A stretch of 64,000 nt of DNA, taken from positions 1-64,000 of the forward strand of contig JAQGDQ010000105.1 of assembly GCA_030141605.1 (NCBI GenBank), in the 5' to 3' direction. The position numbers were made by a program, and so were the translations under genes. This DNA is from Tubiluchus corallicola. Its lineage: Eukaryota; Animalia; Priapulida. The notes below the pieces were generated by a model that saw only the letters and a list, made by a program, of their open reading frames with translations, was not told the DNA's origin and did not search any database. Each line of letters opens with the position of its first letter. Position 1 is the stretch's first letter. Below, piece by piece: positions 37,301 to 48,896 of this stretch.

Positions 37301-40186
37301 AATGGTTGGATCCGAGTATAGTCGCCAGTGGGCTGACGGGAGTAAAGATGATGTCAGAGTATCAGACACATTCTTTAATCCAACATTTTCAGAGGATACA
37401 ACTGAGACCATAGATCCAACACTGAAAGCCATGAGCATGTTCAAATCTTGGGGGACAGATAGGTACGTGTACACGACTGTACAGAGCACTTGATGACTGA
37501 ACCTGTCTAAGTTATTTGTACTGATCTCATAAATATCATTTTGTGACATCGCTTTAGTGAGTCGACAATTACCTGCCAAGCAATAAAAAATGATACACAG
37601 ATCAACTGATTATACGTTTATACATTTGACTGGATAGAGATCGTGATGCTCAAGGCTGCAGTGTCATCTGTCAAAACACTTGTATATATTACGTCTTCAA
37701 TTTTCATTACGTCTAAGAAGCATCCCACGCCATCGCTTTGTTTGGCATAAATAAACGACCCCTGGGTTACATATACATGCAGTTAGCAGTCATTTTCTTG
37801 CAAAAAACTGTGATTCATCCAGAAATCGTTCGCAAGCATTTCTGTCTGGCTTTCAGATTCATTGTCGAAGATTTGCGGAACCAATTATTTCGCGACTATG
37901 ACAAGCAACTTGGACAAGATCTTTCTGCCATCAATATTCAGCGAGGAAGAGAGCATGGTATGGCTTCCTATGTGGCTCACAGGTAAGCCCAAACATCTTT
38001 ATAAATGTGTGAAACACGTCCATAAAATTTCAAAACGATGACATAATTACGAGGAAGGCTGTTTTTATTTCTATTTGCAATAATTAAGTTGACTAATTAC
38101 TGCCATCGTATTTGAATAAATAATTAAACGGAAACTGGTATCTTTGCAGAGAATGGGCAGCTGAAAAGTGCGATATAAAGTTCACAGACGTTTCTAGTAT
38201 CAACGATTTGCCTAATATAAGCAAAGAGAACAAGGAACTGCTTATCCAGGTTTATGGGTAAATAAAGTGCACTGCCATTTGTTTTTTCTTTAATTTTTTC
38301 ACATTCTCATAAAATAGTTTTATGTTTAATTAAACTGCAGGCAAGACAGCGGAAATTTATTTACTGAGTTTAGTTATTTATTATTAGGCACAAAAAATTA
38401 CCAGGCACTAAAGTTATAAGACTCGTACATTTATGCACGTAAAAAGTGAACAGTAAATTTTACGTCTGTGTTCAAAGAAACTGTAACTTCTGCAAATCCT
38501 CGCAAAACTTTCTGCAGTAAATTTTCGGAAAAAATTAAATAGTAAAATAAATGTTTTAATAATAAAAATTGCCAACAACTTGAACATTTTTAAATCAGAA
38601 AAGTGTATTATGTGAATCAACATTTGTAAGCTACGCTGAAAATCGTTTGTTAACACTTACTTTTCATGCTAGCTCGTTTATTTTTAGTGACTGCCCAGAA
38701 TGTATCGATTTATTCCCTGGTGGACTGGCTGAATATCTGGTACCAGGTGCAAATCTTGGGCCAACTTTTTCTTGCATCATCGGAAGGCAATTCGAATCTA
38801 TAATACATGGAGATCGATATTGGTACCAGAATGCTTTTACACCGGGTAAGGAATTGCTAGAAGTAGTTTAATAGTCTATCAATGGTTATGGGCTATTTGC
38901 TATATTTAAATGTTATATGGTTATACAAGTCGGCCCGATAGGCAGGAAAGTTCTTATATCATCGTGTACATGATGTTGAGTAAGCAGATATAGACAAGTG
39001 GGTAGGCAGGCATGGTTCCTTTAAAACATGCTGCAGGTGTAGTGACTTACCGAATTTATTTTTCATGCTAATCATACAGTATGACATTGCACTTTTTGAC
39101 ACTTGCAAAAGAGTGCAATCTGACTGTTGTGCTTAAAATTGATCACGAACGAATAAAAAGCAAGTTGAAGCAAAACCTTGACAGATATAATGTTATTCTA
39201 AATAAAAATAAGCAAACTATTCCACTACGCATTTATTCTTTCTAATGATAGCACTTTCACTGGCAGAAAGTTCCTGCATTTGTGTAAATGGATTTGCTGT
39301 TTTACATAAAATACAGCGAGTGAAAATTTGACTGCAGACTATATTGAGTTTCCGCGGGATTCATTAATTTTGCATCGTTGGGTGACTGCCTGACTTTTCG
39401 TAGTTTGTTTATTTACTTGTTTGTTCGATTTTTTTTTCATTGTCCATCCATTCGAATTGTTTTGTCAGTTGTTTGTTTATTAGTTCAGTGGCAGGCGATC
39501 TTGTTTGTTTTGTTGGTCGGGCATATGTCGTTTGATTTAGTTGGTGGTGTATTTTTGTTTTAATTACTGGTTCATTCGATTGATTGTGGCGCATTTAACT
39601 CTTCTTATTCAATCTTTCATTCTTCCTAGCTATCTGCGCAGGAGAGTGCTTCACTTGTTTTTTATTAGAACCAAAAATTGAAGTAAGATAAGTTGCGAAA
39701 TTGCGTTTAACGGCTAATTGCAATCTTTTTCTTTAACCCATTGCGTGAATACTAAATTGCTGAAACTTTGAAATATTCAAAGATGTTCTTCCTGTACATC
39801 ATGGATGCTTTAACGGACCAAGTTAACGTAAAACAGGCCTGTACCTGTCACTGTTCGTGAGATAATAACAGATGGGTTATTGCCTTTTATATCAAAACTG
39901 GCAGCCTACTATTAGAAACAAAAATGGCGAGAACTGTGAATGTTGATCGAATAATTTTGTACTGATATAAAATGTTTTCACGGTATTAATTTTTCTAGCA
40001 CAAATAGCTGAAATTCAGAAGGTAACGTTGGCGGGTGTTATATGTGAAAACACGGACATCACGGAAATTCAACCATCGGCATTCCATGTTGTGAAGCCAA
40101 GGAATGGCAATGGTGGAAAAGAGAGATACTTGAAACCCTGTTCCGAGATTGAATCACCTAATATTTCTGTGTTTTTGGACGCATAA
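28302..40186 (+). CDS. Secreted animal heme peroxidase, paralog 2 (about 696 aa)
   Basis: join(28302..28315, 29792..29943, 31024..31147, 31763..31855, 32028..32125, 32362..32550, 33165..33314, 33562..33663, 34279..34389, 36327..36487, 36801..36943, 37289..37462, 37857..37982, 38150..38257, 38688..38845, 39999..40186) = 2091 nt, all GT-AG. Exon sizes equal paralog 1 except exon 11 (-6 nt) and exon 16 (-3 nt). Signal peptide MNIRRVLFFVILGCSVFGIINA; motifs QWGQFLDHD, QITAYIDGS, GDERANEQ, REHNR, AAYRFGHS, AINIQRGREHG, GDRYWY. Confidence 0.96.
28809..29125. mobile_element. PIF/Harbinger (Tourist-like) MITE in intron 1 of peroxidase 2
   Basis: TIRs tggcacattcagacgtagaga / tctctacatctgaacgcgcca, TAA target-site duplication (28806-28808 and 29126-29128), long fold-back arms, and an approximately 72-bp tandem duplication in the left arm. 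Confidence 0.85.
32729..32795 (+). mobile_element. Isolated hAT-like MITE end
   Basis: GC-rich cagggccggtgctaccattgagcaaattaggcagccgcttagggcg in an AT-rich intron; CAGGGCCGG is a common hAT-type terminus; no partner TIR seen. Confidence 0.4.
35120..35670 (-). mobile_element. Decayed RTE-clade LINE 3' fragment in intron 9 of peroxidase 2
   Basis: Minus strand reads AVVISILLYGCKTWTL (the RTE LLYGCETW motif), GKRP, QAGIKFETFENEAQ, and a terminal C2H2-like relic FQARIVFLRHQRRH. Confidence 0.75.
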
Positions 40187-40222
40187 TAATTACCAGTAAA
40201 TTTGAGTATTCATTCAGAGTTT

Positions 40223-40228
40223 AATAAA
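40223..40228 (+). terminator. Candidate polyadenylation signal of peroxidase 2
   Basis: AATAAA about 37 nt after the stop; an alternative ATTAAA near 40312 is followed by a GT-rich tract. Confidence 0.4.
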
Positions 40229-43200
40229 AATTTGATGGAACATTTTTTAGATACGTTTTAACAAACGCTATCAATATCTCCACCTTTTCATATTGTAGTA
40301 ACGATTCTTTATATTAAAGTAAATAACATGCCACATGTACCACTCTGTTCGTTTGTATGATTTTTTTTGTAACTTCTGTTTGTTCTTTCAAGCCACTTTG
40401 CTACGATAAAAGCAAACTTGTTCTTTGATAGCAGTCTTCTGTAATGTGTGCAAAGCGAGGTGCAGAAATAGGGGCATCATAGTTTATAAGTAATTATAAC
40501 TAATACAAATGACATTCTTTGTACATTAACGTTCATAACGGACTCGGCTTCAACTCGGCCATTAATGGCAGAATCGGGGAGGTAAATAAAAGACATCGGG
40601 ACCCAAATATTCGCAATGCCCAGAAAACTAATTTTATTGTTATATTAAGGGGAAGGTCTAAAAATATGTTTGCAACTTTGCGCAGTGTTGCCATGTAGTT
40701 TAGTTTAAAACACCAAAACACTGAGTGTAGTGACATGACACCGGACTCTGAACGAGCGTCTATTATAGGTGAAAGCCACCGTCCCGTAATGGTGGCGCCA
40801 TCTGTTAACAAAGATACCCGTTTCAGCCTGATAAGTGAAAGAACATAAAATTGAAAATTGAACAATGATCAGACGGCTTTCCGTCCGTCTGCTCATTCCG
40901 TCCCTGGCTTCCAGGACAATGTTAACGCGAGCCCCTATCAGACACCAGTCGCAGGCAGCACCACATAATAATACTTCTTACTTCTATTCATACCCCACTT
41001 GTTAATATATGTGAGGAAACTAGCGCGGAAACGAAACTAGCATAAACTATTGTAAAATGACAATACATACAAACAGCGTATATCGTAGACGTCCGCTTAG
41101 GAAATATGTAAATTACCAAATGGTTTAGTTGCGAAGCGTCCACTTGCCCCTCTCCAATTACGAAGCGTCCTGTCCATTCACCAGACGGCAGAATTACTAA
41201 ATGTCTATATAACAGTAACTCCGTTAACGATGTGTTCACATTATCAAGCCTTCGATTATCAAGTAGACAATCAACCATTTTAGTTTTCAGTCACCCCCCC
41301 CCCCATGTAATCACACAATAATCTCGCCTTACTCGTCTTCATCGACTTCAGAATTGATACAGGCAAGCAGAGAAGTGAGACATCTTATAATTTCCAGGAG
41401 CAAGTTAGCGACTTTATTGGGATAAAGAATCAATCAATAGTATTATAAAATCTATTTGGTATAGTCACCTGTAACACCTAAAAAACTCACCTAATTCCTA
41501 GCAAGCTAGTAGAAATGGAAACACGATAAAACGATAAAATAATTTAATTATTAGATATCTAAAGCTGCATTTGACATACATGTATTTTAACCCGAATTTC
41601 CTTTTTATTATTTGATTTGATTTTTTTTATTTTTTAATTAATTTCGTTGCAACTTGATTATTGTACGTTTTTGTCTCCCAGTCCCTGGACGAGATTGCAA
41701 TAAACTTTAATTAAGGCTCTTTTGCGTAGCATGTCTTGAACATTTGCGTGTATTATTTTATTGTATCGTCTTTATTTGATTCAAATAAAGAGTGTTTTTA
41801 AATTGCTTATTTTACTCAGCATCGGGGATTGTAACTCGGTTCAGAAAATGTTTGTTCCTTGCTTTACCATTCTTTTTCTAGTGCTACCTTTTCCCGAAAC
41901 AGTCGCTCACCGCAGTTCACCAGGTTCGAAAGTGTTCTGAATAGAAGGAAGTTCTAACTTAATGATAATATCTTGCATTCGCTCAGAATTATCAGTCCCG
42001 AGGGCAACTTTACCTATTCTGCCAAACTATCACTCATCCTACTCGTCCTGAAAGAAATTGAAGTTGTTATCCAACAAAGGAAGACATTAATACAACACCG
42101 AGCTTTTATGTTATCTCATGTGTAACCAGGAAAGAACGCGGTTAACCTTGGAAAATAAAATCCCGTTAAAACCAGCTGCCATTCGCTTTCTGGCATTTCA
42201 AACACACGGCTGGCGCCAGTAATTTTCTGCGGGTAACCAAGTGCTCTTATTAAGCAATTTATTCTTTAAAAGTTTTTCGGTCATTTTGAGGAAATTCTTT
42301 TTTATATTCACTATAAAGAAAATGATGTTATAGGTAGATTGCATATGTACTTATTTTGTGTGCGTTTATTGCCAATGCACCTTTTTTCATCTTTTTATCA
42401 TTCTTGCGTTCTTTGTAATTTATTTGAGCCAGCACTACAAGCAGTAATGGAAAAAACGTTAGTGGCTCAACTAACCCCCCCCATGACCTCACTAAATTAA
42501 ATTAATGTAATGCACTAAAAGCACAAAAAGCTTTTTCAACAGAAGTTAAATACTATCTATTGTCTACATAAAATAGTACATCAGTAAAAACTAAAATGCG
42601 AAATAGGTAAAAAGATGTTTAATTTCAAAAACGGTAGTTAACCATTTCATGCTAAAAGTTTTGTATATTTTGTTTTGGACGATGTATATGTATCCGAACT
42701 TGGATGCCACATTTCTGTTAGTTCAGTATTTCACTCAGAGGAGTGCCCATGATAATAAACTAGTTTCTGGTCCCGCCACAACCATCTAGGCTCCGTGTTC
42801 ATTGTGTTCATTTTGAGCTCTCGATTTAACAGGTTTGCTAATTTTCTACGTTTATAGGCTTTTCCAGCTAACTTAATTTCTCTTGACCATCTTGATTACC
42901 TCATATAAACTGCATAGCATACTTCTGCATAATAATTCTATACAAACCTCAGTAATGACTGAAATAAAAGAACAATATCAGTGCATAAATTAATCAATTT
43001 TGACTGGTTTTACATTAAGATGGTATAATTTTATATACCAAACCCATACGATATTATGTACATATAAAAGCACGTTTCTCAACACAATAGCACCTGCATT
43101 TAAGCAGACTTTTTATGAAAAGGAATTTTCTTTGAGTATTATCCAACTAAATGAATAAAAATTCCGACATAATAACAGCAAACTATGGATGGGTTATTTT

Positions 43201-46200
43201 TCGACAGGTATACGCCCATGAGAACCTGCGTTATTATTGATGCATGGATCATATAAATGTTTACATAACTTTTGTGTTCCCGATTTAATAGTGGGTGATC
43301 CTGTAAATCTTTCTCGCCCTCTGTACATACAGGTTTTTGAAATGTGAGGTAATGCACGAAGCGTGAGATGAGTTTAATACGTTATTTTGAAGGTCGTTTT
43401 GCGACGATTATGCATGCATTATGTGATGCCATATTATAATCTTATCACATTCCGTTATTTCGATCCGATTTTGCGTCAGTCTGGTTACACAGAGGGATGG
43501 GTAGTTTAAATGTCTTTAAGGTTTTTAAACCAAGGTTCACGCAATTTGTGCCACAAGATTATTCGTGACAGTGAATGAAAATTCGCTGATTTGCCCCTGT
43601 CGAGAAACCCTAAGCAATATGACACTTAATCTCATATTGTTTTAAGCACAATCAAGAAGCTTTACAAAAAGAAGGGTTCAACTCTGCAGAGTTATGTTGT
43701 ATGTTAAATTATTTATCGCTGGTTTTACTAAATGTGGCAATTATTTCTATCTCATCTTGAAGCTAGATTACTAATTAATGGGGAATGAATCATTTTAATT
43801 TTAATTGATTTTAATTTTAATTTTTAATTTTGATTTTTAATCTTAATTAGTTATTTAACTTATTTTCATTTTTTGAAATCAAACGTGGATAAAAGAAAAA
43901 AAATGTGAAAAAGTTGAACTCGCGCTATGTCTTGATTTGCTACAGATAAGGCAGGAATATTTGTTACACTATATACTACAGAACGATTGCAATGTGATAC
44001 GGCATGGTACGATGCAACATTATGATACCGACATATAAGAAAAGTTACAGCATTCTTTTAACACACATTATTCTTCACATTTCTGCTAATTTTGATTAAC
44101 GAGCCCTATTGCCCTAACGTTAGTTAAAATGGGTGTCAGACATGCCGGGCTACGGGTTAATCACGAGCGTGTCTAAAATCATGTCTCTAGCTAATGTACT
44201 CAGACATGTAAACGCATCTGTCTCATGACAAGACTTTTTAAAACGAGTCTAATGGTATGATTAATGAGGCCGACAATATGTTTGAGTTCAATTTCCTTTT
44301 TATCTCAGAACTGTGATTGTCAGAGAAAAATGTCATTTGGGAGCCCATTAGTTCGTTTACTGATTTTGTTGACTAACTACTAGTTTAGTTAATACTTTCT
44401 TTTTTGTTTTAGAGTTGTGAGTGGATCGACCTATATTGCGCCGTATTTGTCGATATACAGCGATCATCAAACAATTTGGTATTTCAACCACTTTCAACCA
44501 GATGCGTATCCAAGGCGCTCTTGTTAATTATAATAGAAATATGTAATACAGTTTGACCCTAAGGGAATTCGACACTTGTTTGCCTTGTAAGGATTTTGGT
44601 ATTTGCGGGAGCGATTCTTTGCCTTCAGTTATAAACTCGTCACTATTGTTGTTATGCAGGACATGTTTAACATGCATTCCGCATAATTATATGCATACCT
44701 GCCAACCTGTAAGTTACGAATGTCGGCACTTCTTTTCCCGAACAATTTGTTCCACAGAAAGGATTTTTCATCTGTGATCTGTCCCTGGAAAGGCTAATAA
44801 CCTTGTTGAAAAGCTTGTTATACTTGGAGGTATGAACTCGGTCAAGTATCTTCGGAGGAAAACACCTGCAGTAAGAATTGAGGAAGGCGAGGAGCTGAAG
44901 GAAAAGTAGAAATATCCGGTATTTGAAATGAATTGTGTGACATAGAGTAACGCATCAAATTATCAGTCTAACGCAATCATCAAGTATTTTCGGTATTTTA
45001 ACGTCTACTTAATGTTCATTTTCTCATTTTAGGGACAAGGAGCTAAGTGGTTATTGTGTATGCTAAGGTTGCAAAGTTAAGCAATACCGAACCTTGTAGT
45101 AAATGAATGATTGACCACTGGGAAAACTGCTTCTGAACAATTTCAGATTGGAAAGATTTCATATGGATAAATTTCATTGTGCAGTCGTCTCATCCTGTGC
45201 TGACGTTTGAAGATAGCTAAAACACCACTATTTCCTTTCATGGGGTTATAATTGATAATAAGATAGTGTCAAGGCCCGCCACAACTATCTAAATTAAACA
45301 GGCACTGCCCCTCTGAATCTTTGGTTGCAGTGTCAGACCTATAAAAATTTTGTACGTATTCGATATCATTGCAAGACATTTAGCAAAAGCACTTCAGGAA
45401 GAATCAATGCGGTCTGTTTTAGCTGCACCTCATTTTCTCCATTTTCCTATTATAAAAGGTAATTTCTTGGCAACTGTACGGTGATTGTTTCCATCAAGAA
45501 AAAGAAAAACACTGAATGCTCGGGGAATTAGGCTTTCGCTATAGTAGCAGTCAACAATTAGTATTTGTAAGCTTAACATAAGAAATACCTTTTATCTTTG
45601 TTTAGTAGCTATAATTAGCAAAGCTGTAAGTAATTTTCGTAAAAACGGTTTAGGGATGGTACACCACACTTTCGTTAGCGCTTGCAGTCAAAATTAACTA
45701 ATGATAGTAACCTAAAACAATGAAACTACGTGTTTTTCAAAACTATCAATGGCAGGGCTACCAAAATTTCTCTTTCTTACTTACTCGGTTAGAATTTAAA
45801 TATTCATGCAGCCACTATAATACATGTACAATAACAACAAAAAGTTTATATCCCTCCCACCTGTGTCTTGACACGCTTTTCACTTCGGCACAGATTGGAT
45901 GCAATACCAAATAGGTCAAAAATTATCGAGATTAAAGCTTGTTATTACCCTACCGGGCATCCTGTATTAGTTTTGCACAGATGTCTCCAAAAAGGTCAGA
46001 GATTCTTTCTAAAAAGAGGTGGGCATCACATGTCACATTTAGCAGCAGGTATGTCTGGAATGGTCGGAGAAGGGCGCAAACTTATCAAACGTGAGACCAG
46101 CATGTGTACCCTTGAACTGCTTCAGGCAACAGTCTGTGTCAGTTACGATTATGAATGCGAAAAAAGTCATCCGCAAGCAGGATACACCTATCTCGTTTGT

Positions 46201-47877
46201 CACCTGTGTTGTTTTCCTTTTCTGGGAAAAGTCTTTGCTTCCAGCAAATACCATCCAAAATTGATAATCATTGACATTTTAAAAAGCCAAATTAGCTTAT
46301 CTAAAAGTGATTGTAGATAACAAATTAGTCTTGGGCGTAATGACATATTAAGAACCAAGCCTTCATAGTATGTCGGTCGGTCTTACCCTTATTTTATCTT
46401 TAGATTTTCCAAACGCTTTTAATAAACATACACGCCTTAATTTTCCCATTTTGTGTTTGGCGGCACGTACTTTCGTGACATATATAATTCGTGCTACATC
46501 CCTGAAATTTATAATTGCATGTTTCTTACTAATCCTGTGTTAACCAATCTAGTTGTAGTATACACTCCCTGTGTGCAGTTTGTCTTAATAAATCCGAATG
46601 AATCAAAATAATGTAATCCTTAAATCCTAACGTAGTTAAGAATAATTATGGAAAAACGCAACCGCAGTAATACAGAGTCTCAACCCCAGTGCCCTCATGC
46701 ACACAAAACTTGATACCACAACTGACTTTATTGTAACAACAGCTGATTTTGTTTGCCAAATTGATTAATCAAAAAGCTAAGTGTTGCATGTTCAGCAGTT
46801 TTAATGGCTGTATCCTTCGTATGGGCAAGGTGATGAACTAAGAGATTTTCTGCGAATTATTAATTATTTTTAAAGTATGTAGATAGTAAGTCTTACCTGC
46901 TTTCTTAGTCGGTTAATTAAGTCGCGATAACAGATTACAATAACATTTCGTTTGATTTTGAAATATTGAAGCGATGAAGTTTTCAATTGTTTTTGTCTTT
47001 GAAATTCTTAAATGCTTGCAAATCTTGACAAAGATTATACTGGGTTTCCACTTTCTTAAAGACTGTTAACACTAATTTTGCATCAAATATTCTCATTACT
47101 GTAATGTAATTAATAAACGAGCAAGGCGTCGACAGGAAAAGAATCACAAACATATTGTAACCTTCTGCTGCATTTCGAGTTCAATGCCTCTTCCCTCAAC
47201 GCAGTGCAATAATTATTCTAGTCTACATCCAAAGCCAGTTTTTGAAGCGTGCATGTCTTTTCCTAATCTTTTCTTTCAGCAGGTCATCTGAAAGCTACAA
47301 AAGGCCAGTGATAATTGTAGAGTAAACTGATATATGGACAGATTTAAGAACTACCACAGTGGGTTGAGTTCAAGTACGCACGCTCAACAGCATATATAAT
47401 AATGTTGTCAAAGCATATGGTAAGCTTTGCCTAACGGGTTCTTGGCTGTTGAACAGGCTTTAGCCGTTCTCACCGTTGTAGGTTTTGCCGGTAAATCTTT
47501 TCACCTATTTGCCTCAGTTTCTAACGTCATTTCTTTCGTCACCTATTATAAAGACAATTTTGAACAGTATAAAAGGTGAATAACCCTCATCATCATCGCC
47601 CATAGTGCAGCACCGGTCACTTTGTGGTCAAGGTGTCAAAGTTGAACTGACCACCTGTCTGTAATTTCTTTTCAGGAAGTAATTTTATTTTAACTGCGGA
47701 CTTGTACTGGTCGGTTACAGCAAGACATTCATCCTCCTTAAACTTGCTGCACTGTCATAAACTTTGTGCGAAACTTTATAAAACCAAATAGCAGAATTTT
47801 GATGTGTAAGAATACAGGTACGCCTAATAATAGTCTGCATTGAAGTATTGTGGTGAAAGTAATACACACCTACAACA

Positions 47878-47982
<105 letters not shown>

Positions 47983-48602
47983 CTTTTTCTGTCTTTTTTC
48001 TTTTTCTATGTTACCGACTCTCTTTCTCTCCACACTTTCTTCCATACCTTTCTTTGAAAAATACTAGGTTAAATTCCGATGCACGACTTTCTTGATGCTT
48101 AACACGATTTTCTTCTCGGTGTTTTTAATTCTTTGCTTTCTGAAGTTGGACGTCATTCACATGAATTGGATCAAGTTTGTACGAAAACCCATTGTGTAAA
48201 ATTCAAGAGCATTTAAGCACAATGAAATCGGTCACTTTCTATCACGTATCTCACTTTCCTATCACCAAGCCTCTGGATGCACTACGCTGCTTTGAAATTT
48301 TCTGATTGCGTTATCTTTGCATTTTATGCTCGATTTTTTTATGAAGTGAGAAGGCCGTACTAATTAGGCCATGTCACTTCATTTGACTGTTCGAAATTTG
48401 AACAGCTAGTGGAAACCAACTCCAACTGAAAAGGCTAACCAAAAAAGTCGACCAAATGCCGATAAGGACTTGAATGTAACTTGGAATAATGTGTTGTAAT
48501 ATTGCACTCAGTTTCGCCTTGCCTTTTAAATGATTAACTTTCCGATATATTTTATGCATAGTGACAGTAGATTTCAAACAAGTCCCGCTTACGGGTATAC
48601 CG

Positions 48603-48896
48603 GATAACATTTATTAGTAGCACTGTGTTATTAATATAGTATAATATAATATAATATAATATAATATAATGTAATGTAATGTGATGTGATGTGATGTGAT
48701 GTGATGTGACGTGACGTGACGTGACGTGACGTGACGTGACGTGACGTGACGTGACGTGACGTAACGTAACGTAACGTAACGTAACGTAACGTAACACAAC
48801 ACAACACAACACAACACAACACAACACAACACAATACAATACAATACAATACAATATAATATAATTAATAACGCAGTGTCACTAATAAATGTTATC
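48603..48896. repeat. Compound RYRAY pentanucleotide array enclosed by 33-bp inverted repeats (MITE-like)
   Basis: (ATAAT)6(GTAAT)2(GTGAT)5(GTGAC)11(GTAAC)7(ACAAC)7(ACAAT)5(ATAAT)2 at 48641-48865; arms 48603-48635 and 48864-48896 are reverse complements with 3 mismatches. Confidence 0.9.

Noticed and set aside
6739-40186. Assigning PXDN, TPO, MPO or Pxt gene symbols
   Set aside because: No LRR/Ig/VWC, CCP/EGF/TM or sulfonium Met features; orthology needs a phylogeny.
45868-46320. 150-aa ORF, the longest in the track
   Set aside because: Non-ATG start, no domain motif and no exon boundaries that fit.
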